Source: a virus
Strand: one strand, 5' to 3'
DNA length: 64,000 nucleotides
IMG/VR virus record: IMGVR_UViG_3300029438_000229
Coordinates: 2,293-66,292 of that record
In this document: positions 39,465-47,994 of the stretch, piece after piece
How the letters are laid out: each line of letters opens with the position of its first letter
Numbering within the stretch: position 1 is the first letter of the stretch
The notes under the pieces: generated by a model
Seen by the model: only the letters and a program-made list of their open reading frames with translations
What the model was told of the DNA's origin: nothing
Database searches by the model: none
Position numbers and translations under genes: made by a program

Positions 39465-40601
39465 TCAATTATCCGACTTCACCGCATTGCACTTTTTGCA
39501 CAGCATCTGCAGGTTGTTGTCGGTGGTATGCCCGCCCTTGCTCCAAGGAATGATGTGGTCGCCTTCCATATCCTTAAAGGCGTACTCGGTGTTGATGCCA
39601 TTTGCAACGCACAAGGGACACTTGTGACCTTGCCGCTCATAGGCGCGGAGTTTCTGCGACTCAGTGAATGCGCGAAGGGACAGGTGCTTCTCATCGCGCC
39701 AAGTACGGTCAGAGAGGATAAACGGGATGATGCCTGCCTTCTTGGTTACGTCATCATCCAGCACGAGTTTCTTGATGTCAGCTTCCAGAGCGTTGCTGTT
39801 GTACTGCTTTGCATGATACTTGTTGTAGAGCAGTCCCCATGCCTGTGCATCCGTAATTCCCTTCCGTTTCGTCGGGAACAACATCTTCGCCCAGTTGATG
39901 ACAGACTGGAAGTAAAGCCAGAGGTCATTGGCATCCTCGTCATGCTGGTGAACCGCCATGTACATCTGCCCGGATTCCAGACCGTCACGGTCAGCAATCC
40001 ATGCCAGTGCTTTTTCCAGCAACTCCTGCCGAATCGGGTTGCCTTTCAGGTATCCGTCCGCCATCTTCGCAGCAACGCAGTTGCGTTTCGAAAAGTAGTT
40101 TTTGGCATCAGCCAGCCACGGTCCTGTGTATGTAGCGTTCAGAAGCTCCTGCGGAGTCAGAACTTCGCCAGCAATGTTAATGCGCTTGAACCATTCCAAT
40201 TTCTCGGCTTCAGTGCCTTCGCAGACATAGACCGTCAGCTCATAGTCCAGAATTGCCTGCTTTTCCTCGTTGGTCAAGTTTTGGAAGAACTTGTCGTTGC
40301 CATTGATTTTGATAGGAAAATCCTTGTTAATGTACTGGGCAATAGAGACGGTACGCTGCTGCCCATCAAGAACCTCGTATGTGTCAGCCCCGGTCTTAGA
40401 CCAGTACATGACATTCAGCGGAAATCCGTTCATTACGGAATCGATGACGGCTGCACGCTGCTTCTCCCCGTAAATAAACTCACGCTGGAAGGATGGGCGA
40501 ATCGTAAGACGGTCATTGTAGCCAAAGACACCGCCATCGCCATTATCCTTGTAGTTTTCGACAAGGTCAGATACCTTGATTTTCGTTTCTGTGATTTTCA
40601 T
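39465..40601 (-). CDS. DUF262 (ParB-like) plus HNH nuclease fusion
   Basis: 378 aa. SFQREFIY...VIDSV...LDGQQRT, and a C-terminal CPLC...GDHIIPWSKGG...NLQMLCKKCN. ATGA overlap with the upstream gene. Confidence 0.8.
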   Translation of the reverse strand: MKITETKIKVSDLVENYKDNGDGGVFGYNDRLTIRPSFQREFIYGEKQRAAVIDSVMNGFPLNVMYWSKTGADTYEVLDGQQRTVSIAQYINKDFPIKINGNDKFFQNLTNEEKQAILDYELTVYVCEGTEAEKLEWFKRINIAGEVLTPQELLNATYTGPWLADAKNYFSKRNCVAAKMADGYLKGNPIRQELLEKALAWIADRDGLESGQMYMAVHQHDEDANDLWLYFQSVINWAKMLFPTKRKGITDAQAWGLLYNKYHAKQYNSNALEADIKKLVLDDDVTKKAGIIPFILSDRTWRDEKHLSLRAFTESQKLRAYERQGHKCPLCVANGINTEYAFKDMEGDHIIPWSKGGHTTDNNLQMLCKKCNAVKSDN

Positions 40602-41356
40602 AGTTGTTTACGACCTTTCTTCTTTTGAGGCGTACACTCTTTTTTAATCTGCTTACGGAGCTTAGCCTCTTGTTGCTCTCGTAATTTCCGTAATGCATCT
40701 GACGGTGCAGCTGTATCCGGTTTTACATCGCCGCCATCCTGATACCACCCGGCAGAATCATGCATTATATCGACGATATATGTTTGACACTCCCCGCCGA
40801 TACTTTGTTCTGCGTGATATTGGAATACATCGATGTTCTCAAGAAGGCACCCACGAGTTAATGAAATAGCGTTAGCGAGCGAAAGATTCTTATAGTCGAT
40901 TCCGGAATTCATTATGGCGTGTGCAACATCAGTAATACCGTTATATGAGGCTCCATAAGAGCCAATTTCTGTTGATAAAACAATAGATGATTTGGCAGTG
41001 TCGATAGTGTAAGTACAAGCCATTCTCCCAAATTCTAAATACCCACTAATCTTAAATATTGTGCAGCCGTTACCATTGACGCGGAAGTATTCATTCAATA
41101 TTTTTAACGGCAAATCATCAATGGTGGCTTGCTTCCCATATTTTTTACGTATATCATATAAGAATTGCATTACGGTCAGGTTTTCTCTTACTTTTGCATC
41201 GCCACAATGGCTTACAACGATACGATTTGGAAAAGGTACTATTTTTTCGGCAGTGTCATCGTATTGAACATGCCCTTTACCATCCCTGCGAGTAGTGCGC
41301 GTATCAGCGCAGACAACAATGCCTTCAGGAACAATAGTATGTATAATCAGTGACAT
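40598..41356 (-). CDS. proteasome-beta/HslV-type Ntn-hydrolase-like protein
   Basis: ATG 41356 (GAGG SD, 1 nt after the MTase stop). MSLIIH-TIVPEGIVVCADTRTT...AEKIVPF...SHCGDAKV matches the Thr-protease core pattern. Basic Lys-rich tail. Confidence 0.6.
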   Translation of the reverse strand: MSLIIHTIVPEGIVVCADTRTTRRDGKGHVQYDDTAEKIVPFPNRIVVSHCGDAKVRENLTVMQFLYDIRKKYGKQATIDDLPLKILNEYFRVNGNGCTIFKISGYLEFGRMACTYTIDTAKSSIVLSTEIGSYGASYNGITDVAHAIMNSGIDYKNLSLANAISLTRGCLLENIDVFQYHAEQSIGGECQTYIVDIMHDSAGWYQDGGDVKPDTAAPSDALRKLREQQEAKLRKQIKKECTPQKKKGRKQL

Positions 41357-41357
41357 A

Positions 41358-42401
41358 TCACGCCTCGGCTTTCTTTTGAATGAAAATCCGCTGATAAACC
41401 GAATGTAAGTATTTTCCGTGCTTACTAACACTGTAATCGCATTTACCTTTACCCGGAATTTTTGGGGACATTTTATCTCTCAATGCGCCGGACCCAGAAG
41501 GCGAAACTCCGTCAGTCTTCAAAAATGTGTATTCGCCGTCAGGATAATACACTTCAATTCGGCAAGGCGTATCATCGAACATGGAACCACCAACAATCTC
41601 AAACTCATCCGGGTTATACTTATCCAGAAATGTGATAGGTACGCCCATAACACCCTTGTAATCCACCGGGATATCCGCAACCCTGTCTACATTGATGGCA
41701 TCGTAGTTATCGTAGTGGGGGTAGCGCTCCTCCGCATCCGGCAAAGGATTCCCGTCATCGTCATAGTACCGCTGCCAGAGAATCAGCTTTTCGTGGCGCT
41801 TCTGGATATCGAGGTTGGTATACCACAATTTATTCCCGAATTTTTTGATTGTCCCGTCAGGTTGTACGAATTCTTTTACAGAAGAATATCCAAGCCAGAC
41901 TTCATTGTTCTTTAGCATCGGGAAAATTTCTTTGTAAGTAATCCAGTTGAGGTCTCCGATGATAACAAATTGCTTGCCATGCTCGCGTAAACACTGGACA
42001 TAAGCCCTTGCAAGGGAAAAGGGCGGATTCGTTACCACAATATCGCTCTCATCCAGCAAGTCGAGACATTCCTTGTTTCGGAAATCGCCGTTACCTTCCA
42101 GCGGGGTCTTAACTCCGACTTCCACATTGTTGTCGTCCCCACCCTCGTATTCCATCTTGTAGGTGGGCTCGGTGCGGTCGTAGTGTGTGGAAATCAGCTT
42201 CTTTAAGCCGAGCTCAGCGAAGTTCAGGTGGAAATACCGCCAGAAAGCAGACCAAGTGGGGTCGTCACAGTTACAGAATACAACCTTGCCCGCAAAATGC
42301 TTTTTGTAGTGCCGCAGTTCCTCCGCGACATCCTCGATTCTGGTATAGAACTCGTCGTTCTTAGCGTCTTTCGCTTTATGCAAATTATCGTTCTTTGCCA
42401 T
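41358..42401 (-). CDS. EcoRI-family N6-adenine DNA methyltransferase
   Basis: ATG 42401 behind GGAGGATACGGAG. KNDEFYT...FCNCDDP..SAFWRYF..NF..LGLKKL N-terminus and VTNPPF motif IV. Confidence 0.8.
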   Translation of the reverse strand: MAKNDNLHKAKDAKNDEFYTRIEDVAEELRHYKKHFAGKVVFCNCDDPTWSAFWRYFHLNFAELGLKKLISTHYDRTEPTYKMEYEGGDDNNVEVGVKTPLEGNGDFRNKECLDLLDESDIVVTNPPFSLARAYVQCLREHGKQFVIIGDLNWITYKEIFPMLKNNEVWLGYSSVKEFVQPDGTIKKFGNKLWYTNLDIQKRHEKLILWQRYYDDDGNPLPDAEERYPHYDNYDAINVDRVADIPVDYKGVMGVPITFLDKYNPDEFEIVGGSMFDDTPCRIEVYYPDGEYTFLKTDGVSPSGSGALRDKMSPKIPGKGKCDYSVSKHGKYLHSVYQRIFIQKKAEA

Positions 42402-42412
42402 CTCCGTATCCT

Positions 42413-42448
42413 CCAAAAACAAAACCCCCGATGCCGTAACATCGGAGG
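42413..42448 (-). terminator. terminator-like hairpin directly before the MTase / Ntn / DUF262-HNH operon
   Basis: CTCCGATG..CATCGGGG stem plus GTTTTGTTTTTGG, followed by the SD of gene 42401. Confidence 0.55.
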
Positions 42449-42460
42449 CGTAAAAATCAA

Positions 42461-43774
42461 TTATTTATCGTTAAGAATCGCCAGCAACTCATCGAGGCTG
42501 GTCACATACTGGTATTTTCTCGCCATCTCACCAGGCACTGGAATCAACTCGCTCATGTAATAAAGAACCTGCACTCCGTTGCTGGTGCATTCGTTATACT
42601 TGTCGGTATCCCGCTGCTTTCGTGCCTCGAAATCCCCGTCATCGCTGCCGTAGGGGTAAAAGTGCTGCACACCCTGACACTCGATGGCGATGTTCTTGCC
42701 TGGCAGGAAGAAATCCAGACGCTTCTTCCCCATCCACGGAAACATCTTTTCCCGCTGATACTCGATACCGTTGCATTTGAGCATCATGAGCACATCGTTT
42801 TCGAGGTAGGACTTCTCGCGCAGGAAATCTTCCGTATTTCGGTAGATTACCGGCTTGGCAGTCTGACTGATAGCTTTGTTGGGGTTCAGTTTCTTGTAAT
42901 GCACGGTCGTCGGTCGGACATAGACGACCTTGCCGCTTTGCAGATGCCGGAAATGTCCGCAACGCTCAGATTGGAGCACGCAGAACCCGGCAAACGCCCG
43001 TTTCCCAGCACCGTCATTCACATAGACGACGATGCCCTTTTTGAGGTCCACGATAGTCTGCTTGGAGGTATTCAGGCATTCTCTGACATCCTTGACCGTT
43101 TCCTGCTCCCCGTTCGCGTGTACGATGCGCTGCTCGACCTTCCGACTCAAACGCCGCCGTTTCCAAAGGCATATCGTGTGCAGCCAGATTTGCAGTATCA
43201 GCGCCGCTGAGCTTGGAGCCGTCACGGTGTTCCGTTCATGTAGGGAATCGCGCTCGGTTCGCAGCCACCGTTCCAGCATGTTGCCAGACTCGTTCAGAAC
43301 GGAAAGGTAGCCGTATACCCCATTCCGGGTGTTCACTGCCATCATCAGCCCGTCCACGCCGAATTCCTTCTCTGCCCTTTTCAGCTCGACAAATACCGCC
43401 ATTTCCCGCATCCGCCAGTTGTCGGTAGGCATGACCATAGCACAGGTATTCTCGCCCTCAAAGCCTACGAGAATCGGGCATAGGAAAGTTGTGTCAGCCC
43501 TTCTGTGGACAATGATATATAATGACGCACCGTAGGTATCATCTACCTTGATAGCGTACTCATCGTAGGGCTCAAGCCCATACTCGCCGCGATTCAATCG
43601 AAAGTCACCGATGACCGATTCGTTGTCGGTCGTGAGTTTCGCAATGGTAGGCAGCTGCAGGATACGAGTAAGACCCTTGACGACCTTATAGCATTCTGCG
43701 CTCTTCCCTTGCATTTGGTACTTGTCATGCGTCAAGTAGAATTCGCGTTGCCATTCGGCGCTATTATTATTCAT
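42461..43774 (-). CDS. protein with C-terminal DUF559/Vsr-like endonuclease fold
   Basis: 437 aa. RLDFFLPGKNIAIECQGVQH...D..K pattern in the last 90 aa; the N-part is unknown. Confidence 0.6.
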   Translation of the reverse strand: MNNNSAEWQREFYLTHDKYQMQGKSAECYKVVKGLTRILQLPTIAKLTTDNESVIGDFRLNRGEYGLEPYDEYAIKVDDTYGASLYIIVHRRADTTFLCPILVGFEGENTCAMVMPTDNWRMREMAVFVELKRAEKEFGVDGLMMAVNTRNGVYGYLSVLNESGNMLERWLRTERDSLHERNTVTAPSSAALILQIWLHTICLWKRRRLSRKVEQRIVHANGEQETVKDVRECLNTSKQTIVDLKKGIVVYVNDGAGKRAFAGFCVLQSERCGHFRHLQSGKVVYVRPTTVHYKKLNPNKAISQTAKPVIYRNTEDFLREKSYLENDVLMMLKCNGIEYQREKMFPWMGKKRLDFFLPGKNIAIECQGVQHFYPYGSDDGDFEARKQRDTDKYNECTSNGVQVLYYMSELIPVPGEMARKYQYVTSLDELLAILNDK

Positions 43775-43797
43775 GTAAAATCCTCGCTCCCGGCTAC

Positions 43798-44910
43798 TTA
43801 GTGCCGAGAATCTGTAGGTATGTTATTTTCTGAATCAAGTGCTTTTAGCATCTGTTCAGCTAATGCCACCGAAAGCAGCGGCGGGACCGCGTTGCCGATT
43901 TCTAAGCGTTTCAGGCAATCCGAGCCGTAGAACTGATAGCTGTCAGGAAAACTCTGCAACCGTGCTCCTTCACGTATCGTAAGTGCCCTCGAATCTCTCG
44001 GATGGATGCATCTTGATGAGGACGGACAGGCAAAGTTCCGTGTGATGGTAGTGGCGGGTTTCTCCCACCAGAGTTTCGCGTAGGTGTTCTTGAACCCGCT
44101 CTTTGGTCTGAGTTCTTCCGGCAAATCATCTTTGCCTTGCCCATCTTTGAGCGCCGCCATGATTCTGCGAAGATGGGCGCTGTTGTTCGGGGCTTTATGC
44201 TCCGTGAGCGTAGCGGATTCACTCTGCCGGACCCATTGAAGGAATGTATTGCCGGGAGGAGCGGCATACACGGTGCTTTCCTCCCCGCACGAGAGCGCAG
44301 GCAGGTCTTTAAGTGCATCTTGCAGCGTCACATACGGTAGTAGTCCTTCTCCGTGGGTAGGTTCCGGGTATTGAAAGTCATTCTCGCCCAAGAACCCAAC
44401 CAGAATGACCCGTTCCCGCAGCTGCGGTACACCGTAGTCTACGGCATTGAGGATTTTGTATTGGAGGCTGTACCCAATATCCTCGAATTCTTTGCGGACA
44501 TGCTCAAACAGGGCTCCTTTATCCATGCTCAGAATGCCTTTGACATTCTCGAACAAGAAGGCTCTCGGATGCAGGATACAGAGAACGCGCTTGTATTCCA
44601 TGAAAAGATTTGCCCGCGCATCCATTTGGCGTTTACCAAGCGTGGAGTACGACTGACACGGCGGACCACCGACCACGACATCCACTGTACGGTTTCCTAT
44701 CGCTTGACGGAGGATATCTTCAGACAGGTCTTTGATGTCGCCCTGCAGCATATTGACCGAAGGGTGGTTTAGGGTATATGCTTTCGCAATATCCTTTTGC
44801 ATCTCGTTCGCCAAGATGATTTCAAAGCGGTCGTTTCTTGAAAACCCGTAACTCAATCCGCCTACACCTGCGAACAGGTCAACGACGGTGTATTTTCTTG
44901 TCTCTGGCAT
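43798..44910 (-). CDS. DNA (cytosine-5)-methyltransferase
   Basis: Trimmed to ATG 44910. DLFAGVGG (I), GGPPCQSYS (IV), FENVKG (VI), QLRERV (VIII), GNAVPP (X). Confidence 0.9.
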   Translation of the reverse strand: MPETRKYTVVDLFAGVGGLSYGFSRNDRFEIILANEMQKDIAKAYTLNHPSVNMLQGDIKDLSEDILRQAIGNRTVDVVVGGPPCQSYSTLGKRQMDARANLFMEYKRVLCILHPRAFLFENVKGILSMDKGALFEHVRKEFEDIGYSLQYKILNAVDYGVPQLRERVILVGFLGENDFQYPEPTHGEGLLPYVTLQDALKDLPALSCGEESTVYAAPPGNTFLQWVRQSESATLTEHKAPNNSAHLRRIMAALKDGQGKDDLPEELRPKSGFKNTYAKLWWEKPATTITRNFACPSSSRCIHPRDSRALTIREGARLQSFPDSYQFYGSDCLKRLEIGNAVPPLLSVALAEQMLKALDSENNIPTDSRH

Positions 44911-44921
44911 GATGACTCCAA

Positions 44922-44953
44922 TAAAAAATCCGGCACGAATCACTCATGCCGGA
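44922..44953 (-). terminator. weak terminator-like hairpin between the two C5-MTase genes
   Basis: TCCGGCA..TGCCGGA stem (7 bp, 11-nt loop) plus TTTTTTAT. Confidence 0.35.
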
Positions 44954-45921
44954 CAATGACTTTCTTGCTCTTCAATTTTGCTCAAGATACGGTACAGTTC
45001 CGTTCCCACGACTCTTGCAAGTTCGCAAGGCACTGCATTACCGATTTGCTTATACTTGCTCGTCAGATTCCCGCAAAAAACCATATCTTTCGGGAATGTC
45101 TGGATAGCAGCTGCTTCTTTATAGGACAAGCGCCTTGTACTGCCTTTCTCCCCGAACTGCCAATGGTCTTTGCCGACCTTCACCATGTCTGGTGACCCGG
45201 GCCAGAGAGGCACTTGCTTTGCCATAGCGGGAATTGTGAACGATACGCTGTCCCATCCGCGTTTCCGGTTCCGGGACATGTAGCGCGAGGAGTAGGCTTC
45301 TTTGCAAATTTCATCTTCTGCCGCCGGTGCTAAACTCTCTAACGCCTGTCGGATACTGATACGGTCAGGAAAAGGTGTAGGAACCTTGAACTTTACGCCA
45401 TACCTCTCAGCAAGGTCTTTTCGGATGCCCACAAGGAGGATTCGCTGTCTATCTTCCGGGACATGATAGTCCGCAGCATTGACAAGGTTGATAGACACTA
45501 CATATCCCTTGCTCTCGAAATCCGCGATGATAGCGTCCTTGATTTTCCCGCCACCAAGCGTCAGCAAGCCTTTGACGTTCTCGGCGAGGAACAACTTTGG
45601 CTGCTTCTTTTCGACCAGCTTGACGCAATGCCGGTAGAGCACATTCCGGCTATCGTCGATTTTCCTTGGTCCCGACAGGCTGAAACCCTGGCACGGGAAT
45701 CCAAAGGAAGCAATATCGCAATCTGGGATGGTATCGTAGTCCACTTTGCCGATGTCGCCTTCTACCACCGTGGCATTGCTCCACAGCCTATGTGTCTCAC
45801 AGGCATCATGGTTGAAGTCGTTCGCCCATACCGGGCGAAACCCGGCTTGCTCTAAGCCGATATCGAGTCCCCCTGCACCGGAAAACAGAGAGACATGCGT
45901 GTATACTTTGTTCTTATTCAT
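44944..45921 (-). CDS. DNA (cytosine-5)-methyltransferase
   Basis: Trimmed to ATG 45921. LFSGAGG, FGFPCQGFS, AENVKG, DRQRIL, GNAVPC. Confidence 0.9.
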   Translation of the reverse strand: MNKNKVYTHVSLFSGAGGLDIGLEQAGFRPVWANDFNHDACETHRLWSNATVVEGDIGKVDYDTIPDCDIASFGFPCQGFSLSGPRKIDDSRNVLYRHCVKLVEKKQPKLFLAENVKGLLTLGGGKIKDAIIADFESKGYVVSINLVNAADYHVPEDRQRILLVGIRKDLAERYGVKFKVPTPFPDRISIRQALESLAPAAEDEICKEAYSSRYMSRNRKRGWDSVSFTIPAMAKQVPLWPGSPDMVKVGKDHWQFGEKGSTRRLSYKEAAAIQTFPKDMVFCGNLTSKYKQIGNAVPCELARVVGTELYRILSKIEEQESHCPA

Positions 45922-45963
45922 TTTGGCCCTATAAAAAATGAGCGATAAATGCGCGGAATGCAC

Positions 45964-46003
45964 AAAAAACACACGCGCTCATTTATCGAATGCACGCGTG
46001 TGT
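45964..46003 (-). terminator. intrinsic terminator
   Basis: ACACACGCG..CGCGTGTGT stem plus TTTTTTG. Confidence 0.6.
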
Positions 46004-46051
46004 TTAAGATGCTTTTTGTTGGTCTTTGTGCGAAAACAAATAGCGGTATCT

Positions 46052-46909
46052 TCAACGGCTTTGCGCCGCATCGGCGATTCGCTCTTTTGCAACATCAAAA
46101 AAATCGGCATCCTTTTCGATGCCGATAAAGTTTCTATTCGTATTCATTGCCGCCACGCCGGTCGAGCCGCTGCCCATGCAGAAATCGAGGACCGTATCGC
46201 CCTCGTTTGTGTAGCTTTTTATAAGCCACTCACACAACGCCACGGGTTTCTGTGTGCCGTGCGCTGCGCATTTCTGCTTATCTGTGGCAAAGGTCAAAAC
46301 GCTCGTAGGAAATCTCTCAGTGCTGTCGTAGCTTTTTGCCTTGTATTTGCCGTAATCCTCAGTCATCTTGGAGTTCCGCTTATGCTCCGCCGTTGAGACT
46401 TTTCTTGGATGCCCTGAGGTCTTCTGTGGGTTGTAGGTTGGCAGCTTCTTGTAAAAGACCAGGATGTCTTCATGCGCCCTTAGCGGCATCCGGTTCGCGT
46501 TGAGGAATCCTACCGGAGATGTCTTCTGCCAGATGAGGTTGTATCGCCACGGAATGGTCTTGCCATCCATCAGGGTCTTGGTGTACGCTCCCGCCGAAAA
46601 TAGAATCACTGCGCCGTTCTCTGTCAGGATTCTATCCAGCTGCTTCCAAATCCCCTGCTGTTTATTTTCAGTCCAGATAGACATAGCATCAGCATAGGAA
46701 ATCCCCGCCTTGTAGCAGGAAAGAAGAAACTCTGTCAGGCTTAGTCGCTTCCCGTCCTTCATGATGAAATCCTCAAACGGCAATACCGTATCCCAAGCCT
46801 GATGTGTGATACCGTAGGGCGGGTCCGCTAAGACAAGGTTCACGGAATGTGCCGGAATTTCGTTCAGTTTCTCGCAGCAGTCTCCCTGCATCAGCGTAAC
46901 GGTGCTCAT
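46052..46909 (-). CDS. beta-class N4/N6 DNA methyltransferase
   Basis: 285 aa. LADPPYG (motif IV) comes before the C-terminal FCMGSGSTG (motif I). Confidence 0.85.
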   Translation of the reverse strand: MSTVTLMQGDCCEKLNEIPAHSVNLVLADPPYGITHQAWDTVLPFEDFIMKDGKRLSLTEFLLSCYKAGISYADAMSIWTENKQQGIWKQLDRILTENGAVILFSAGAYTKTLMDGKTIPWRYNLIWQKTSPVGFLNANRMPLRAHEDILVFYKKLPTYNPQKTSGHPRKVSTAEHKRNSKMTEDYGKYKAKSYDSTERFPTSVLTFATDKQKCAAHGTQKPVALCEWLIKSYTNEGDTVLDFCMGSGSTGVAAMNTNRNFIGIEKDADFFDVAKERIADAAQSR

Positions 46910-47394
46910 GCTTTACCTCGGAACAGTTCCTTCAAGGCATCCAGCTGGTCAGCCTGAACCCTGCCGTCTCGGATGATGGTGAAGAATCCGCCATCATCGA
47001 GCAAAGCCCGGTCCTGCTGCCCGTACATCGTCACGATGCCCATGTGCCGGCCTTTGAGGTAGTTCAGCATATCCTTTTCCGGGAACTCTTCCCGGAACCG
47101 CCACGAACAGATACTGAACGGAGCGTACTTATTGATGAAATCCTCGCTGTCACTGTGAAATGCCTCGTCCCGATTCTGGTATCTGTGATGCCGTGCCGTA
47201 GTCGCAAGGATATCTACCCCGTGGACTGTGGGTGCATCGGTATCGACCAGAGGCCCGAACACGACCAATTCCTGTACCTGAAACACAAAAGGTCTTTCCG
47301 CCTCGCTCTTATTGATGAGAATCGCTCGCTCAATCGCTTCCAAGCATCGCTTCTGTGCGAGCGCTCGTGAATATTGCCGCTTCTTTTCCGCCAT
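46906..47394 (-). CDS. hypothetical protein
   Basis: 162 aa; ATGA-coupled to the downstream methyltransferase. Confidence 0.55.
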   Translation of the reverse strand: MAEKKRQYSRALAQKRCLEAIERAILINKSEAERPFVFQVQELVVFGPLVDTDAPTVHGVDILATTARHHRYQNRDEAFHSDSEDFINKYAPFSICSWRFREEFPEKDMLNYLKGRHMGIVTMYGQQDRALLDDGGFFTIIRDGRVQADQLDALKELFRGKA

Positions 47395-47406
47395 GATTTC
47401 CTCCGC

Positions 47407-47449
47407 AAAACAAAAAAGCCCCGCGCAGACATTTCATCCACGCGGGGCT
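47407..47449 (-). terminator. intrinsic terminator between micro-ORF and gene 47394
   Basis: AGCCCCGCG..CGCGGGGCT stem plus TTTTTTGTTTTG. Confidence 0.7.
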
Positions 47450-47467
47450 AGAACAAACTATGAGTTT

Positions 47468-47590
47468 TTAGAAAACTGCTGCCGTCTGCAAAACGACCGG
47501 CACCACCGTACCGAGCACCAGAGTCAAGGTCATCATGACTGCCATGACAAGAGAAGCAGCCTTCTGGGCTTTCTTTCGATTCCGCATCAT
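47468..47590 (-). CDS. small membrane protein (40 aa)
   Basis: AAAGAGG SD. MMRNRKKAQKAASLVMAVMMTLTLVLGTVVPVVL. Confidence 0.45.
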   Translation of the reverse strand: MMRNRKKAQKAASLVMAVMMTLTLVLGTVVPVVLQTAAVF

Positions 47591-47604
47591 TGTACCTCTT
47601 TTCG

Positions 47605-47694
47605 AGAAAAATCAAGCCGCAGAGAACAAATCCCTGCGGCTTATACTAAATCACTTTATATTCTCCATTGTATCCAATTCGCACGAATGTGCAA
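47605..47694 (-). promoter_or_regulatory. promoter plus 5'-proximal hairpin/U-tract upstream of micro-ORF 47590
   Basis: TTGCAC(47694-47689)-16-TACAAT(47672-47667) with GTGCGAAT. Hairpin AAGCCGCAG..CTGCGGCTT 47642-47614 plus GATTTTTC. Confidence 0.6.
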
Positions 47695-47910
47695 CTGCCA
47701 AGCGACGAACACGAAAATTTTCAGTCACCGGGCTTGCCGCCTTCCTTTCTGCAGCCCGTTAGCAACCTACCGAGCGGCAGTAGCTAAATTCCCGGCGCGA
47801 CGCCTATCCCAAACTGCTTCGTCCAGAACGGAAACAAGGCGAACCCCTTCCTGTGCCATTCGCCCTTGTATCCTTATGTACTTTTTTGTATCTTTTTGTT
47901 GTTTTTCCTA

Positions 47911-47939
47911 TTGCAATTCCACCAGCGTTCCCGTATAAT
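47911..47939 (+). promoter_or_regulatory. promoter of the single plus-strand gene
   Basis: TTGCAA-17-TATAAT, 56 nt before ATG 47995. Confidence 0.6.
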
Positions 47940-47943
47940 AGTT

Positions 47944-47976
47944 ACAGAATGATACACAAAGCTACAAAATGATACA
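47944..47976 (+). repeat. two 13-bp direct repeats between -10 and SD (operator-like)
   Basis: ACAGAATGATACA (47944-47956) and ACAAAATGATACA (47964-47976). Confidence 0.6.
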
Positions 47977-47994
47977 TGCGAAAGGAGTCGCTAT

